From the NCBI GenBank assembly GCA_043228905.1, contig JBHGNT010000003.1, positions 2,728,001-2,792,000 of the forward strand: DNA of 64,000 nucleotides, read 5' to 3'. This document shows positions 36,439-50,849 of this stretch, piece by piece. The stretch's first letter is position 1, and each line of letters starts with the position of its first letter. The notes under the pieces were generated by a model, which searched no databases, was not told the DNA's origin, and saw only the letters and a program-made list of their open reading frames with translations. Both the position numbers and the translations under genes were made by a program. The DNA comes from Azolla caroliniana. Taxonomy: Eukaryota > Plantae > Polypodiophyta.

Positions 36439-39315
36439 TTTTAGTTTGGGTAGGGTTAGTGTTTAAAATTGGCGTATGTACATTAGTTTGTTGTGATTGT
36501 TTGGTTATTAGAAGCATGGAGTTGGAGTCATTGGTTGAACCTGAGACTTGTAGGCAAACCTCTAGAGATGAGGGCATTAATGAAGGATTAATTGTGACTT
36601 GTTGAATTTCCGAGGACATTTGTGGAGCCCTCCAAGAATTAGTAGCTGATGGTATTACTTCTTTATTGGATTCAGTGTTAGACATGGTAGTCGCGTCTTG
36701 TATCTTTTCATAGCCATGATGTGAGTGAGGATTAGATAACAGTTTGTCTTCATCAAATGTCACTCGTCGGCTAAATATAAATCTTTTGGATTTTGGGTCG
36801 TATAATTGATAACCCTTATAGCCGTGAGGTTCACCATACCCAACAAATATTGTGCGAGTTGCGTGATTATCTAATTTTGATCGAGTTTCTAAAGGTACGA
36901 GTGCATATGATGGACATCCAAAGATTCTTAAATTTTCATAATTAGGATTTTTTCCAAACCACAAGGAAAATGGAGTTGTCCTAATGGATCAACTATATGT
37001 TCTATTGAATATGTAACAAGCGGTTGAAACAGCCTCTTCCCAATATGTTCGGGGAAGGTTTCCAACGGCGAGCATGCAACGAGTGGCATCAATGTACAAT
37101 CGGTTTCGTCGTTCAGCCCTTGAATTGTGTTGGGGTGTATATGGGATGGTAAACTATTGTTGAATCCCATGGTTTTGGCAATAAGTTTGGAAGTTTTGGG
37201 ACTTGAATTCTCCACCATTATCTGATTGGAGTACTTTAAGGGGTAAATCTTGTTGATTTGTTGCAAGTTTATGATAGGCTTTGAATTTCTCAAGGACTTG
37301 GTCACTACATTTTGTCTTGAGAACTGTGACTATCGTGAAATGAGTAAAGTCTTCAATAAATGTTAGTAAATATACATTTCCAGATAGGAATGGGGTAGAC
37401 AAAGGACCACATATATCTGTGTGCACTAGTTGGAGGGGTTTAGTGGTCGTTCTAGGATGGGATGGAAATGGCGAGTTAGAGAGTTTTCCAAATATACACC
37501 CTTCACAAAGGGATAGTTTTGATTTACTAGGAAGAGTAAAGGCCAATTGGTATATGTTGTCGGGCCATGTGAACCATTGTTTGATGGTTTAAGTGACCTA
37601 ATTGATAGTGCCATAATAAGGTCATATAGTTTGATGTGCTAGAATCATCTATGTGGTGTGTTTCTTCAGTAGGTACCACAGAGCGGCCTTAAAGGTAAAG
37701 ACATCCTTGTCTTGGACAATTAACGACATAGCCTCATCTAGAGGGTGTCTTATGACGAATGATACAATATTTGTGATAAAAGTCGACGGATGTATTATCA
37801 TTTGTGAGTTTATTGAGAGATATCAAGTTTTTTGCTATGTTAGGTATATAGTAACTTCATTGATTTCAATGAATCTCCCATCAAAAAGTTCAAGATGGGC
37901 AGTCCCATGTCCAAGGGCATATTCAACCCCATTGTTCCCAAATCTAACCGGGAGAGGATGTTCTAAGACCTTATAGTCTTTGAGCCATTCAATTCTTGAG
38001 GTGAGGTGACATGTGGCACCTGTATGGAGAATCCACGTTGAGGTGGGAGAGTTGTTAAATGAAGTGAGGGCCATGATGGCAATGAAAGAATCTTCATTAT
38101 CCTCATCAAAAAATTTCGTTAGAATTCCTATAACAATCTTTCATTTCATGTCCACTCCTTTGACAATTTTTGCAAAAGGATGTAAGGAACTTAGATTTGT
38201 TATGGTTCCTTGAATCATTAAATTTAGAGGTTCATGAATAAAATTTGGAGTTATTAGGTTGGTATGTGGATCTAGGTTTATTGTAAGGTTTTTTATTGTA
38301 ATTTGGATGTTTGATATAAAGTGCGGCGTGAGATGAGGAGGGTTAATTTATTGCCCTCCGAAGTATGTTTCCTTGTGAGATTGATGCCAGTAATGTTGGG
38401 ACACTAATGTTGGCTGATGTGGATTTTGTACTTATAAATGGTTGCCATGATGGGGGTAGGGCGGCTAACAAGAGGGCGGATTGAACGGAACTTGGCAAGC
38501 TAAGTCCTAAAAGGATCACATCATCGAGTCAAACTCTCCAATTTTTAACAAATGTGTCAACATCATCATTTTCATTCATATTCATATTTATTAAAGTTTT
38601 TAAATTTGCAACTTGGGACGTAACATCCGTATGGAGGTAATCAGCCTCTAATCTATTCCATATTTGTTTGGAGGTAGTCAAAGTTCTCACACTTTGCTTA
38701 AGTGTGTCCTCCATATGAAGGAGAAGTTCTAACCAAGCGTTTAAATCATGCCGCTTCCATGTTTGCACCTCAAGTGCATTTGTGGGGACATTAATGTCAA
38801 GGCACACGTTGGTTCCATCGACGATATTTAACAAGTCATGTTGTTCTAATATAATTTCCATGGTCATGCGCCATGGTTGATAATTTTTATCATTCAATTT
38901 TTCAATGTGATAAGTGTGAGACGATACCTGGGCGGCATTTGCCGCCACATTCACTATCACTCCACCGTTTGACATGGTCAAAAAATCGTTTCTTTAATTC
39001 ACATGTTCGTGATTAACACCGTGACACAATTCTTGGTGGGGTTGGACTCCTTCACCGCTTTGATACCATGTGGTAAATAAGGAAATATGGAATGGAAAGA
39101 GAGGGAGAGAGAGGGAGAGAGACAAAGGGAAGAAGAAAACTTTATTGAATGATAGTTTCTGTCTCTCTCTACAACCAACCAACCACACAGAGAGAGGAAA
39201 TGTGGTGGTTATAGGTGCACCCTATTTTTGGGGTGCACCTTTTCATATCATATAGCTTTTCGTCTTATTATTTATTTTTACTATTTACATATTCTAAACT
39301 AATTAGTTTATTACA
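36439..39315 (-). mobile_element. Copia-3, 5' part: integrase, gag, PBS 39057-39068 and 5' LTR 39069-39315
   Basis: LCEGCIFGK, HTDICGP, SDNGGEF; gag IEKLNDKNYQPW; PBS TGGTATCAAAGC on minus; LTR TGTGGTAAA..TTATTACA. Confidence 0.88.
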
Positions 39316-41933
39316 ACCGGGCTTGAGACCTCATCTTCTTTTAATGTTTGTGATGTTGATTGAGTTTTTGAGTAGGTAGGTAGCTTGTAGGAAAGAGATA
39401 TGTACACAAAGCCAACAATCATACGAGTCAACGATTATGCCAATGGATACTAATTAAATTAGTGAATATGTTACACAGACAAATATGTCATGATCTGGTG
39501 GGTCTATTGTGAGATGTTGATCCGGTGCTCTTATCATCGTAGACTTCATAAAAATATTGTAACTAAGTGGCATCGTTGACGGGAATTAGGCTCAAAATTG
39601 CTAATATATGTGTAGTGTAAGTAATTATTAAAACACATCTAAGGGACTCACCTATGAATGGGAGATTCATTTCCACATTTCTATAATCAATTATTTTTGC
39701 CGCCTAGATTCGTACAAGGGGATTAAACTGTGGTGCTACATTAAAAATTAATTGATGATGTGTGCTACTTTTCAATGCCGCATTTGTTTCTCTCTTTTTC
39801 TATTTTCTCTGACATAATTTCCCGAGTCTCCTGCATTCAAGAACTTTTAAAATACATGTGTATATTTTAAAGATTAATGTTTTTAGAAAGCGAAGGATCC
39901 CGTACAATTCCAAAAAAAGCCAAAAGTTCTAAAGTAAAAAAGAGAAGCTATCCAGTTAATGATCAAACAAGCATATATAGGTCAAGGGATTCCCCTATGA
40001 ATGGGAGGTTGATTTGCACATTTCTATAATCAATTATGTTTGCCACATAGATTCTAAAGTTCTATAATTATATTAGAGGATTAAAATTTATCATCATACC
40101 TTTTGTAGCTTAAGTCTTCAACGCATCATTTCATGCTTTATATTTATCATATATATATAGTGTTGAATAACAAATAAGGAGCATTCTTGATGATGTGGGG
40201 CAACATTACAATATTAGTTTAGAAGCATTACGAATCTATGATGGTGTGGTGCAACATTAAAAATATAAGTGTTCGTATTCTTAATCTTTTTAATGTCACT
40301 TACTTTACAATACCTCATTTTTTTTCTCTTTGCCATTTTATCTCATGTCGTTGTTGCCCATCTAGAATATGAGCCTTGATACTTGTATTTTGAAAGTTAA
40401 ATGTTTAAGAAAATGAATAAGTATTCCTTTTCCTCAAGTTGGGAACTCCAAAACAACACAAAGTCCCAAAGTCAAAAAGTGGTCTTTTTGGAATGGCAGT
40501 TTTTTATGTAGCTACTAATTATACAACACTATTCATGAAAAGACGCCTTGAAAAGTGGCGTTGAACATATAAGCTATAGATGCCAGAGGATGTTTGATTG
40601 ATGGAAGAATCTTAATCCTCTAATATGAATGCAGAGCTTTAGAATCCATACCATGATCAAATCTCTTAGTACCAAGTAGCCCCACCCGATCATGACATAT
40701 TTGTCTTGGTAACATATCCACTAGTTCAATTAGCATCCCCTGCCATGATCGTTGACTACCTACATACACAAAAACTAAATCATGATCACGAAAATAAAAG
40801 AAGATGATTTAAATTGTACAGAGAATTGATTAAGAATTATGGAAGAGAGCATTTGATGTTAATGGAAAATGAAATGATATTGGCCCCATACATATATTTA
40901 TCTCATTCTTATCTCTGCCCTTCTACATAGATAAATAGATGCGCCTAAGTTCATGGGGGTCAGTGATGAAGATATATGGCTTTAGATCTGCCACATCTGA
41001 TTACCCAAGTCTTTCCATGAATTCCTTCACATGTGATTATTGTTATTAACGCAATTAGTGAAATTTATATGAGTTATACTATCCGATAATCATGATGACT
41101 GTGAGTGTTTCCATACATTGTTTACAGATTTCAATTGACAGCTGTATCGACACTCATAGTAGTGATTCAGTGTATCTGAAAGCTAGATGCCCCTAAAGTT
41201 TCACTTATGTTTGTATTGATGTCCTCTCAATCAATCACACCATGTATTCTAGCTAGCAACCACACCATGTGAAATTTAAATCATGAACCTAAAGTATCAC
41301 TCTGTTTACTCAGGCTATTTGCGAGCCTTGAATTCGACTTTCCTCTTCCCAAATCCTAATTTGTTGTGCCCGTCTGGGGTTTACTATTATCTCTATGTTA
41401 TGGCGAGTTCATTATGAAGATTCACTATACGACTTGAACAAAGGGGATCAAAGGCCATAGGTCTGTGGCACGTTATCAAAGGTGAGTGAAGAAGGTGACA
41501 TTTATGTACAAATTACCAACCTAGAATTTCAGCAAATAAGATTGATGCATATTACTTTCAATACCCATCCTTTTAGGTTGAGGTCTTCTTTAAAATTGTG
41601 GATATGCATTGTATGAACACTTTGTCTATGTTGGGGTACATCGTAACATCATGTTTGGGATGCAATTAATATGTACATGATTGGTGAATGAGAGTCATAG
41701 AGAACGTACTTCAATTAATATAAAATATGGGAAATCTTACAACAACCATGTTTGGTCATACTTTTATGAGTCAATAAGACTCTTATTCCTAGTCACTTAA
41801 AATTTTTTACTTCTTCCAAGAGTTATAAGCTGCAAATGCAATAATAACAGAAATAACGTCCAAGGAAATCCCAACTGAATGACAAATTAATACAAATAAC
41901 CCAAGCTTCCTTATTGTTGCCCTGACGGTTAAT

Positions 41934-43419
41934 TTAGGGCTTAGATTGGTAATAGCCTGCGACTGTATAGCTTGTCTGCACTAATGAGAATATGAGCAGT
42001 AGAAACCCCACAAGGAGCGAAATCGCCAGCCATGGCTTAGAGAAATACTTTTCGCGAAACTCCACATACACAGGACGCCAATGATTCTGATAGTCCTCCA
42101 ATACAGCTTCTATCATGTCGTCCCATTTCGCGCATGGTCCATCAGAGATGTTGATGCACATGTCGTTCCACATCTTGAGCAACTTCTCATCACTCCCCAA
42201 GTGATTCTCTATCACTTGCGCCTTTGTCAAGATCGCTAGATCTTCTTGGGTGTCGATGAGGGAGTCCATGATGACCGCATACCTTGTGAGCTCACCTCCA
42301 TCTTTGCAGGTTTGTTCATATGCAATGAGGTTCCTCAGCATATCCTCCGTGCCATTGTACACCACAAGCCGTGGAAGATCGAACCGGAGGCTTCTGTTGC
42401 TGTAGTGCATCACTGATATGCCACCACCTTCAATCGCCCTGAACCAGATCCCGGCTTTAGAGAGCTGTGATGCTGTTGGCAGGCGATCACGATATATAGT
42501 TATCTTGTGAGACTCTGCTTGTTCTGTCCGGAAAGGATTCGGTAGTTGTGGGAATGTACATGTAGTTATCTTGTGAGCTGCTTGTTGCATCCACAAAGGA
42601 TTCGGTAATCGTGGGAATCTACATCGATTGGTGCCTTGTGTCTGATTCTTCTGTGGTCGTTCTGAGGACCCAAACATAAAGACAATCAAGTAGATGACTG
42701 CACTTGCAAAAATCTGGAATTTCGGAATTCTCGTCCTCAACATTCCAGGTAAAGAATGGATCTACTTCTTCGATTAACCCAATAAATTCTCTGTTGAGCT
42801 CATCCAGTTCTAATTTGGGTTCCCTTGGAAACTCTTGAATGAGCTTCATTAGAAATGACATGGGGATTTGGTTTCCCATCAAGAACAAGTCCCTGAAAAA
42901 TTGCTTGGCAATGATGTCATTTTTCCAGAGTGTTTGGAAGTGGCGATATTGCTCAATCGTAGATTCCGAAACAGTTGCACACATATACAGAAAGAATTCA
43001 TAAATGAAGATGGTATCGAGAGTGAGCATAAGTTGGTGGCTTTCAAGGCTATAGTCCAGAGGGTTTGAATAATGGGTGTCGAGAAAAGAATGCGGATCAT
43101 CGAAGAGGCGTTGCATGAGCTGTTTCACATCTGGTATCTCTTGTCTTTGCATGAATCTCCACACACACAGTTCCTTACAACGATCCGCAGAGGCGCTATC
43201 ACTAAGTGTGTCATGCAATGGTCCGATGGTCAGGAGCTGAGGCTGATATGACAGTGGCCTCACATCCAGTAATGCTTGGGGAGGTTTTGAAATCTTCAAA
43301 CTTTCGTTGGGCCCGAGTGTATCAGCATCAGCAGCCGCATTGATTCGCCTCATCTTGTTTTCTATCCAGTCATCTGCAAGAGGGAGTCGATATTCATCTT
43401 CATTCATTTCAGCTTCCAT
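41934..43419 (-). pseudogene. DUF247-family gene B, frameshift near 42661
   Basis: ORFs 42619-43419 and 41934-42743; 2-nt deletion relative to gene C at VLRGRPQK; internal 21-aa duplication (FPxLPNP). Confidence 0.88.
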
Positions 43420-43769
43420 GTTGATAAATTCTCTTGAAGTTCTTCTTCAGACTTCCTCTTCTGTGAGCACAAACTCAATGCTTTCTTGCAGAAGTCAAGT
43501 TGCAGGAGATAAGAATGGAGAGAAAAACTGAGAGATAAAAAATGGGAGGATGATATGTGTGGTGAGAGAGACCACAATAATGCCAATTTATACATAGTAA
43601 AGTCAACTCCTTATTGTAAAGGTTTGTGCATGTGCTCAATGGCATTATTTAATTTACATTACAGTCTGGATTCTAATCTCATTTTGGGCGAGAATGGTCT
43701 TGCCTTGCGAGATGAAGTTCTTCTGTTTTTAGTGATAGGGGTCCATGACTTTGAGTCAAAATCGTTAGT

Positions 43770-44450
43770 TGTTAATGTGTCGCTCTCTTGCCTTATTGAT
43801 CCTTATTATCATGTCTTTTCTCCATTTTTCTTCTGCAGAAGAGGATCCAAATTCATCCATTTGACGAGTAAGCTTGATTTCTTTCTTGATATTGTCTTAA
43901 ACTGATCAAGTACCAGCCCTTTTCTTGCAGGAGATAAGAACAGAGAGAAAAATGTAAGATAAGAATGCCAGAATCATAAATGTATGGAGAGAGAGCATAT
44001 AATGATGCCATTTTATGCATAGAAAGCAAATATTCTAGTCCGTTTTTTAGTCCATTCCCCTATAATTTCAAAAATCTCGTGGGGTTTGGATGAGCTGAGG
44101 ATACCTAGCAAAGTCAACTCCTTATTTGTAAAGGTTTTATATTACAAGCAAACTGGATCTTGATTTTAATGACAGTTTTCTTTTTTTTTGAGGCAAAGTT
44201 ATTAGATTTCATTATGTAACTCTCTGTAGAATTAATGATAGTAACTACATATCAGTGATCACAATACATTTGAAAAAACAAATATTGATCATATAATTTT
44301 GCAAAACGTATACGAAATCCGATTAGATTTTGGGCTCAAATTAACAGAAAATGGGGTGAATTGACACGATCATTGACATGCTGTAATTCTTTGACAGGAA
44401 ATAAGTACAGAAACTAAACTGAAACTTTGTGGGCGTTCGAGTAGTTTATG
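43770..44450 (-). pseudogene. 5' remnant of a further DUF247 copy plus duplicated upstream region (similar to 52130-52800)
   Basis: Minus strand ATGGATGAATTTGGATCCTCTTCTGCAGAAG..TGGAGAAAAGACATGATAATAAGGATC matches the starts of genes C and D, then breaks off. Confidence 0.7.
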
Positions 44451-45447
44451 GTGGACGAAAAATTCCTCACATTATGATTTAAAAATATGCCCATATTTTA
44501 ATATCTAAAAATATCTGCGCATACTTATTCGTTAACCAGTCAATTATAAATTGTTCTAACTCACAATTCCATATTACCAAATATAGGCCAAAAGAATTGT
44601 GAGTAATTGCTTTCTAAGTGAAATGTGTAGAAAGTTGAAAGTAACTTCCCGCTGCATTATTGGCCTACAAGGAATCTATGTCACTATCCCAGGAATAAAA
44701 AGTCATGGTAAAACTAATTATCACAAAAATTGATTTCCAAAACAATTTCCCTTGTTTATCCTTTATGTAAGAATGGCAATTCACTTTACACAGCGCTTTC
44801 TACAAAATTGGGAATTGAATATATTTACTTTGTGGACTCTGGGCATCATGTAATGCATTCTCTTCTTCATAGTTAAGATGGCAGTACGCTGATCTATTTT
44901 CTTTCTCCTTCCTTTTATCTCATGCTACAGCGATGATTTTCTAATGTCCCAAAAATCCTCGATCTTTCTTCCTGAGTAATTCCTTCATATTTCTTCTTCT
45001 CCCCCTTGAGACTGAATCCATTCATCTGAGACTGCTTAATGCGACATTTGGTCGTGGCATCAAGATGAAAACTTGTGGACAAAATTGAAGGAAGAAAATC
45101 TTATCCAAAGAATAGATCTTCCACAATTTATCCCTTTTGTTTTCTCTGTGATGGTGAATCTTCATAGTGAACTCACCATAACACAATGAGGACAGTAAAT
45201 GCTACATTAAATCCTATCGTAATTTCTAAATGAACATCTTTTAAGTTGAACAAAATGTTAAACTATGGATATGCAAAACGTTAGAGAAACATAAATTTAT
45301 TGCATTCTTTTTTGTATACAGGTATAGACTCTGAAATGGATATAATACATGAGAACAGAAATAACTGCCCGTGAAATCCCAATGAAGGAAAAATAACAAA
45401 GCCTCTTTATTTTTGGCCTAGAGTTTGACTATGGTTCAGTGGTTAAA

Positions 45448-46878
45448 TTAGGGCTTAAATTGGTAATAGCCTGCGACTGTATAGCCTGTCTGCATTAATG
45501 TGAAGAGGAGCAGGAGAAACGCGGCAAGGAGCGAAATGGTTAGCCATGGCCGAGAGAAATACTTCTCACGAAACTCGACATACATGGAACGCCAGCGACT
45601 CTGATAGTGGTGCAGGACATCGCCAATCATGGCGTCCCAAGGGTCGCATGGTCCATCCGCAACCGTGATGCACATGTTGTTCCACATCTTGACCAATCTC
45701 TCATCGCTCCCCAAGTGATTCTCTATGACCCGAGCCTTCGTCAAGATCGCCACATCCTCCGCTGTGTCGATAAGCGAGTCCATGATGACCGCATACTTGG
45801 TGAAATCGGCTTCTTCTCTGGAGGTCTGTTCGTGTGCGAGCAGGTTCCGCAGCACATCCTCGGTCTTGTCATACACCACGATCCGTGGGAGATCGAACCG
45901 AAGGCTTCTCTTTTCGTACTTCATCACTGATATGGAACCTTCGACCGCCCTGAACCAGATTCCGGCTTTAGAGAGCTGTGATGCTGTCGGCAGGCGCTCA
46001 CGCAAGTTGGATCGATTCGTGGATTCTTTTGGCCACAAAATGTCCCATTTTAATTGACAGTTACATGCCAAATTCCTGTCTGGGACCTGTGTCTCAATCT
46101 TTTGTGGTCGTCCTCTGAGGACCCAAACATATAGGCAATCAAGTAGATGATTGCAATGGAGAAAGTCTGGCGTTTTCTGATTCTCATACCAAGCATGCCT
46201 GACAGTGAATGGATCAACGAAATTAAAGACGTAAACCAATGTTTCACAGATTTCATCCTTTCTTAGGCTGGGTTTGTTAGGAAACGTTTCAATGAGCTTC
46301 ATTAGAAATGACATGGGAATTTGGTTGCCCATCAAGAACAAGTCCCTCCATACTTGCTTGATTGTGATGCCATTATTGCAGACAGTGTTGAAGAAGAAGT
46401 CGTATTCTTCGGATTTCCAGTCATTCCTCAGAAACAACAGGAATTCATTAAGGAAGATGGTGTCCACAGTGACCATAAGCTTGAGGGCTTCATCGCTATA
46501 ATTGGGAAGGCCTGAATAATGTCCGTGAAGATTACGATGGTCATCGAAGAGGCATTCCATGATCCAGTCATCGAAGAGGCATTCCATGATCCGGTGTACA
46601 TTTGATATACCATGTCTTCGCATGAATCTCTTCACACACAGTGCCTTACAATCATAAAGAGAAGAGCTACCACCAAGCATTTCATACAATGGTCCGATGG
46701 TCAGGATCTGAGGGCAATATGACTGTGGGTTCACATCCACTAATGCTTTTGGTGGCTTCGAAATCTTCGGACTTTGGTTAGAGCCATGTCTAGTAGCATT
46801 AGAATCCGCCTGATGGATCCTTATTATCATGTCTGTTCTCCATTTGTCTCCTTCAGGGGAGGATCTAGATTGATCCAT
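45448..46878 (-). CDS. DUF247-family protein C (476 aa, intact, C-terminal TM helix)
   Basis: Uninterrupted ORF with YCPQILTIGPLY, RDLFLMGNQIP, HLLD, LPTASQLSKAGIWF, MDSLIDTAEDVAIL and YFSRPW plus a hydrophobic tail. Confidence 0.92.
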   Translation of the reverse strand: MDQSRSSPEGDKWRTDMIIRIHQADSNATRHGSNQSPKISKPPKALVDVNPQSYCPQILTIGPLYEMLGGSSSLYDCKALCVKRFMRRHGISNVHRIMECLFDDWIMECLFDDHRNLHGHYSGLPNYSDEALKLMVTVDTIFLNEFLLFLRNDWKSEEYDFFFNTVCNNGITIKQVWRDLFLMGNQIPMSFLMKLIETFPNKPSLRKDEICETLVYVFNFVDPFTVRHAWYENQKTPDFLHCNHLLDCLYVWVLRGRPQKIETQVPDRNLACNCQLKWDILWPKESTNRSNLRERLPTASQLSKAGIWFRAVEGSISVMKYEKRSLRFDLPRIVVYDKTEDVLRNLLAHEQTSREEADFTKYAVIMDSLIDTAEDVAILTKARVIENHLGSDERLVKMWNNMCITVADGPCDPWDAMIGDVLHHYQSRWRSMYVEFREKYFSRPWLTISLLAAFLLLLFTLMQTGYTVAGYYQFKP

Positions 46879-46934
46879 TTGACATGTAAGGCTAAATTCC
46901 TTGTTGATATTCTCTAAACCTTATGAATAGAGAG

Positions 46935-46940
<6 letters not shown>

Positions 46941-46964
<24 letters not shown>
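46941..46964. repeat. (GA)n microsatellite upstream of DUF247-C
   Basis: About 12 GA units. Confidence 0.9.
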
Positions 46965-46965
<1 letters not shown>

Positions 46966-48018
46966 GAGGCAGGAAAGGGAGGACATAAGAATGCCACACA
47001 TTCAATCATCTTTTATTTTATTGAACTACACTGAGTTTTTAAGTAGGCAGGTAGCTCCTACGAAAGAGAGATGCAAATTTCTATAGTGAATTATTTTTGC
47101 TACCCCTAGATTCTAAAGTTCGACATTCATAATAGAGGATTAAGATCTTTCCTTTCAGAAAACATTGTATCGTCTCTAGATTCAACGTTCAATGTACCTT
47201 TCCATACAATATATTTATCATATATAGCACTGTATAATAAGGAGCATTCTTCATGATGTGGTGCTACTTTAGAAAATTAATTTAGAAGCATTTGAAAATT
47301 GAATCTATGATGATTTGCTGCTACATTAAAAATATAAGTGTCTTATTTAGATTAATGTTCACTCACTTTTCGATGCCCCATTTCTTTTTTCTGTTTGACA
47401 ATTTCTCTCAATGATTGTTAGCCCTCTACATTACCAGGCTTGATACGTGTATTTGCAAAGTAAAATGTTGAAAAAAGTGAATACGAATCCATTTTTCTTC
47501 CAAAAGAGAAAACAACTGCCAAAGTCAAAAACAGCAAGAATCCAATTAATGAAGACATTATATTCTAATGTTATATTGGGGGAAGGCTTCAATAATGGTT
47601 GCTAAGAGAATGGGGTTAAGGAGTGACTTTTGGGGGTTGACATATTAGATTTAGATTCTCTAATATTAATAGTACAACTTTCAGCGATTGCAGGTCAACT
47701 TGAAACACATTTGCACTTTTATCATCGAGGATATGCACGTATTGTTGCAATTTGAATATTTATGCACATTTATAGATTTCAAAGAATTCCATTAGCCTAA
47801 GTGCCCTTTGGACTTCAAGTTGTTGTTCTAGTTTGTGTTATTTCCCCAAACACCTTCAGTCAATTTCTCCCTTTCCCTATCAACCATAAACCCGTTTGTC
47901 TTATCTACGGTGAATCTCAATAATGAGCTCACCATAACGGAACGATGACAATTAAACCCTACATGGGCTCCTATAGTAACCTAATCACTACCAAGCCACA
48001 TCAAGCTTCTTGGTGTAT

Positions 48019-48019
48019 A

Positions 48020-48077
<58 letters not shown>

Positions 48078-48192
48078 TGTATGTATGTATGTATGTATGT
48101 ATGTATGTATGTATGTATGTATGTATGTATGTATGTATGTATGTGTGTGTGTGTGTGTGTGTGTGTTTGTGTGTTTGTGTTTGTGTTTGTGT
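48019..48192. repeat. Compound microsatellite (ATAC)7-(ATGT)n-(GT)n-(GTGTTT)n
   Basis: Seen directly in the sequence. Confidence 0.95.
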
Positions 48193-50375
48193 ATTATATG
48201 ATGACCAATGGGTGCATGAAAAATAATAAAACAAGGAGAACTTGATGATTTAACGGGGAAATAATAAAACATTATGTACAATTGGTCGGGTATCTTAGAA
48301 TTCTTCACAACATGATGTTAAAATATGAGCATATTTTTATTTCTTAAAATATAATCCTTACACTGTATTTTAGTGAGAGTACCCTAGGCAAAATGCATAC
48401 ATATGTTCTGATTAATCAATTATTAATTTTTTTGTTCTAACTTGCAATTCCATATATAAATCATTGGTCATTTCTAACTCTATACATGGAAGTTGCGTTC
48501 TTCTTAAATCTGTAGGTAGACAATCTATGTGCAGAATCATATCCACAAAAAACATGATGCACAATGTCAATAGGTTTTCTACAATGGATAAATATAACAA
48601 TATAGGTTTTGATAATGCTTAATTAGATCTATATTTCGTTCTTGTAAATCTAAGTGCTTTTGAGTATGATTGGGTTTGTTTGATTTTGGCTAGCACTAGC
48701 CCGTCCTTTGTTGAGATTGTACTCATATAATTTATTCTTGAGTGTAGAGAAATGTTAAATTTAGGAACAACCAATACCTTAGAAAAACATTAACATAAAT
48801 GCATTATGATACATGGATTTCTTTCTTATTAAAAGCATTATTATTGTTATCGTTAGTACAATGTTTATGATTGAGGGTTCCATCACATTATTTATTGGCT
48901 TTAATCGACACTTGTAATGGCATTGCGTTGAAATTAGAGCTCATAATACGAGAAGTAATAGGCATTTCTCTAACATTTTATGCAACATCGAGCAAGAAGC
49001 CCCAAAGTCTCTATTATTCTCATTCTCATTTCAAATATACCTTGTAAATAATTGAGTCATCATTTCATCTCATTTTCCTTGTTAGGTAATTCACACACAG
49101 ACACACATATGCTATGCATCGACATGAACGTGCCCCTCATAGCCGTACAAACTCCCCACTTACCTATATTTACAAATATGCCCAAGTCAAAGTGAAGTAC
49201 AATGATTTCAAAGCCTCCCCAAGAACTCTTGGATGTAATGCCTCTCCAGGAACTCTTGGATGATCAAACAAAAATGATATGACCCTTAGCTCCTAATCAT
49301 TGTATCAAAATCTTGAGATCAATTCGTCTCTTGATAATTGTAGTAACACATTATGTGTGAAGAATTTCATAGATAAACATTAGATATCTAATGTATTGGG
49401 ACACCTCATTCAACCATTATTCAAGTGGCAAGCCTCTCCTCAATATAGCAATTGAGTATAATGTATTCATTAATGAATTCTTACTTTTTTATATATTTAA
49501 CCTTAAAGGTACAAGTACTAACTAATTTCTGACGTAGCATCACATCATAAAAATGCTACTGATTATACAACATGATAAGGCCAAAGGATGTTTGATTGAT
49601 TGAAAAGTCTTAATCCTCATATGAATGGAGAGCTATAAATTCCATACCGTGATCAACATCTCATAGCAGACCCACCCAATCATGGCAAAATTGTTTTTGT
49701 AAGATATCCACTATTTCAATTAATATCCCCTGGCATGATCATTGAGTATCTACATATTAAAAATCTCAGTCATGATCCGAAAATAAAAGAAGTTGATGGC
49801 TCGAATCAACATTTCAAATTGTACGAGAATTGATTAAGAAATATTGAAGAGAGCATTTGATTTTTATGGAAAATATAATGATTATTGGCCCCATACATAT
49901 GCTTTTATCAAATTCTTATCTGTGTCCTTCTAGATAGAGAAATAGATGCGCCTAAGTGATATATGGCGTTAGAACTTCCACATCTGATTACCCATGTGTT
50001 TCCATGAATTGCATGATTGAGTGTTTCTGAAAGCTAGATGGCCCTAAGGTTTCAGTTATGATTGTACTTATGTCCTCTCAAACGATCACACCATGTATTA
50101 AATAATTGAGTCAATTTCTCGTCTTTTTTCTGAATTTGTTCATGTTAATTTCTAATCCGATTTCATATATACGCCGTGAAAATGATGTGAACAGTGTTTG
50201 TGTTCTGCAAATATGTCGTGATCGTTAATACACAGAGAGAGACACATTGCCTCCAGAGATCGGATCCCATTACTGAAAAAAGGAGAAAAACTTATCTCTA
50301 ATTGATATTCCAATTCAGGTGTATTAAGCATGGGTTAATGAACCTCCCTGCACATCCAGAAACCTCTGGAAATAA

Positions 50376-50686
50376 GGGATTGTACATATGATAAATAATT
50401 GGTGATTAGTGTATTATTGAGTACCTCGTTACAAGCATTGCTTAAATAAGCAATCATATTGTCTGTGCATTCCCAATGAAGTATGTCTTGTATGAGTATC
50501 ATTAGGCAATCACATATGCATCAATCACCAATGAGATCAAAGGGATCACGATTGTCTAATGAGACTCGTACATAACATACTTCATTTTAATTGCAAAAGG
50601 CTACAAGATTGCTTAATTAACTAATGCTTGTAACCAGATACTCAATGACACACTAATCACCAATTCTTTATCATAAGTACAGTCTC
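50376..50686. mobile_element. MITE-like element with about 80-bp imperfect TIRs
   Basis: 50376-50455 is the reverse complement of 50607-50686 (TGTAC.TATGATAAA.AATTGGTGATTAGTGT...GTTACAAGCATT); no clean TSD. Confidence 0.75.
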
Positions 50687-50849
50687 GGATTGAAACTAGC
50701 ATATTCCATCATGTTTGTATGAGTCCATCATAGGACTCTTATTCCTTGTCCCTCCAAATCGACAAATAACGGAAATAACATTCAATGAGGTCCCAAATGA
50801 ATGAAAATAACAGAAATAACAAAGCTTCTTTAAATTTGGACCAAAATGC

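Noticed and set aside
47945-48308. YVCM/HTYI-repeat ORFs
   Set aside because: Microsatellite translations.
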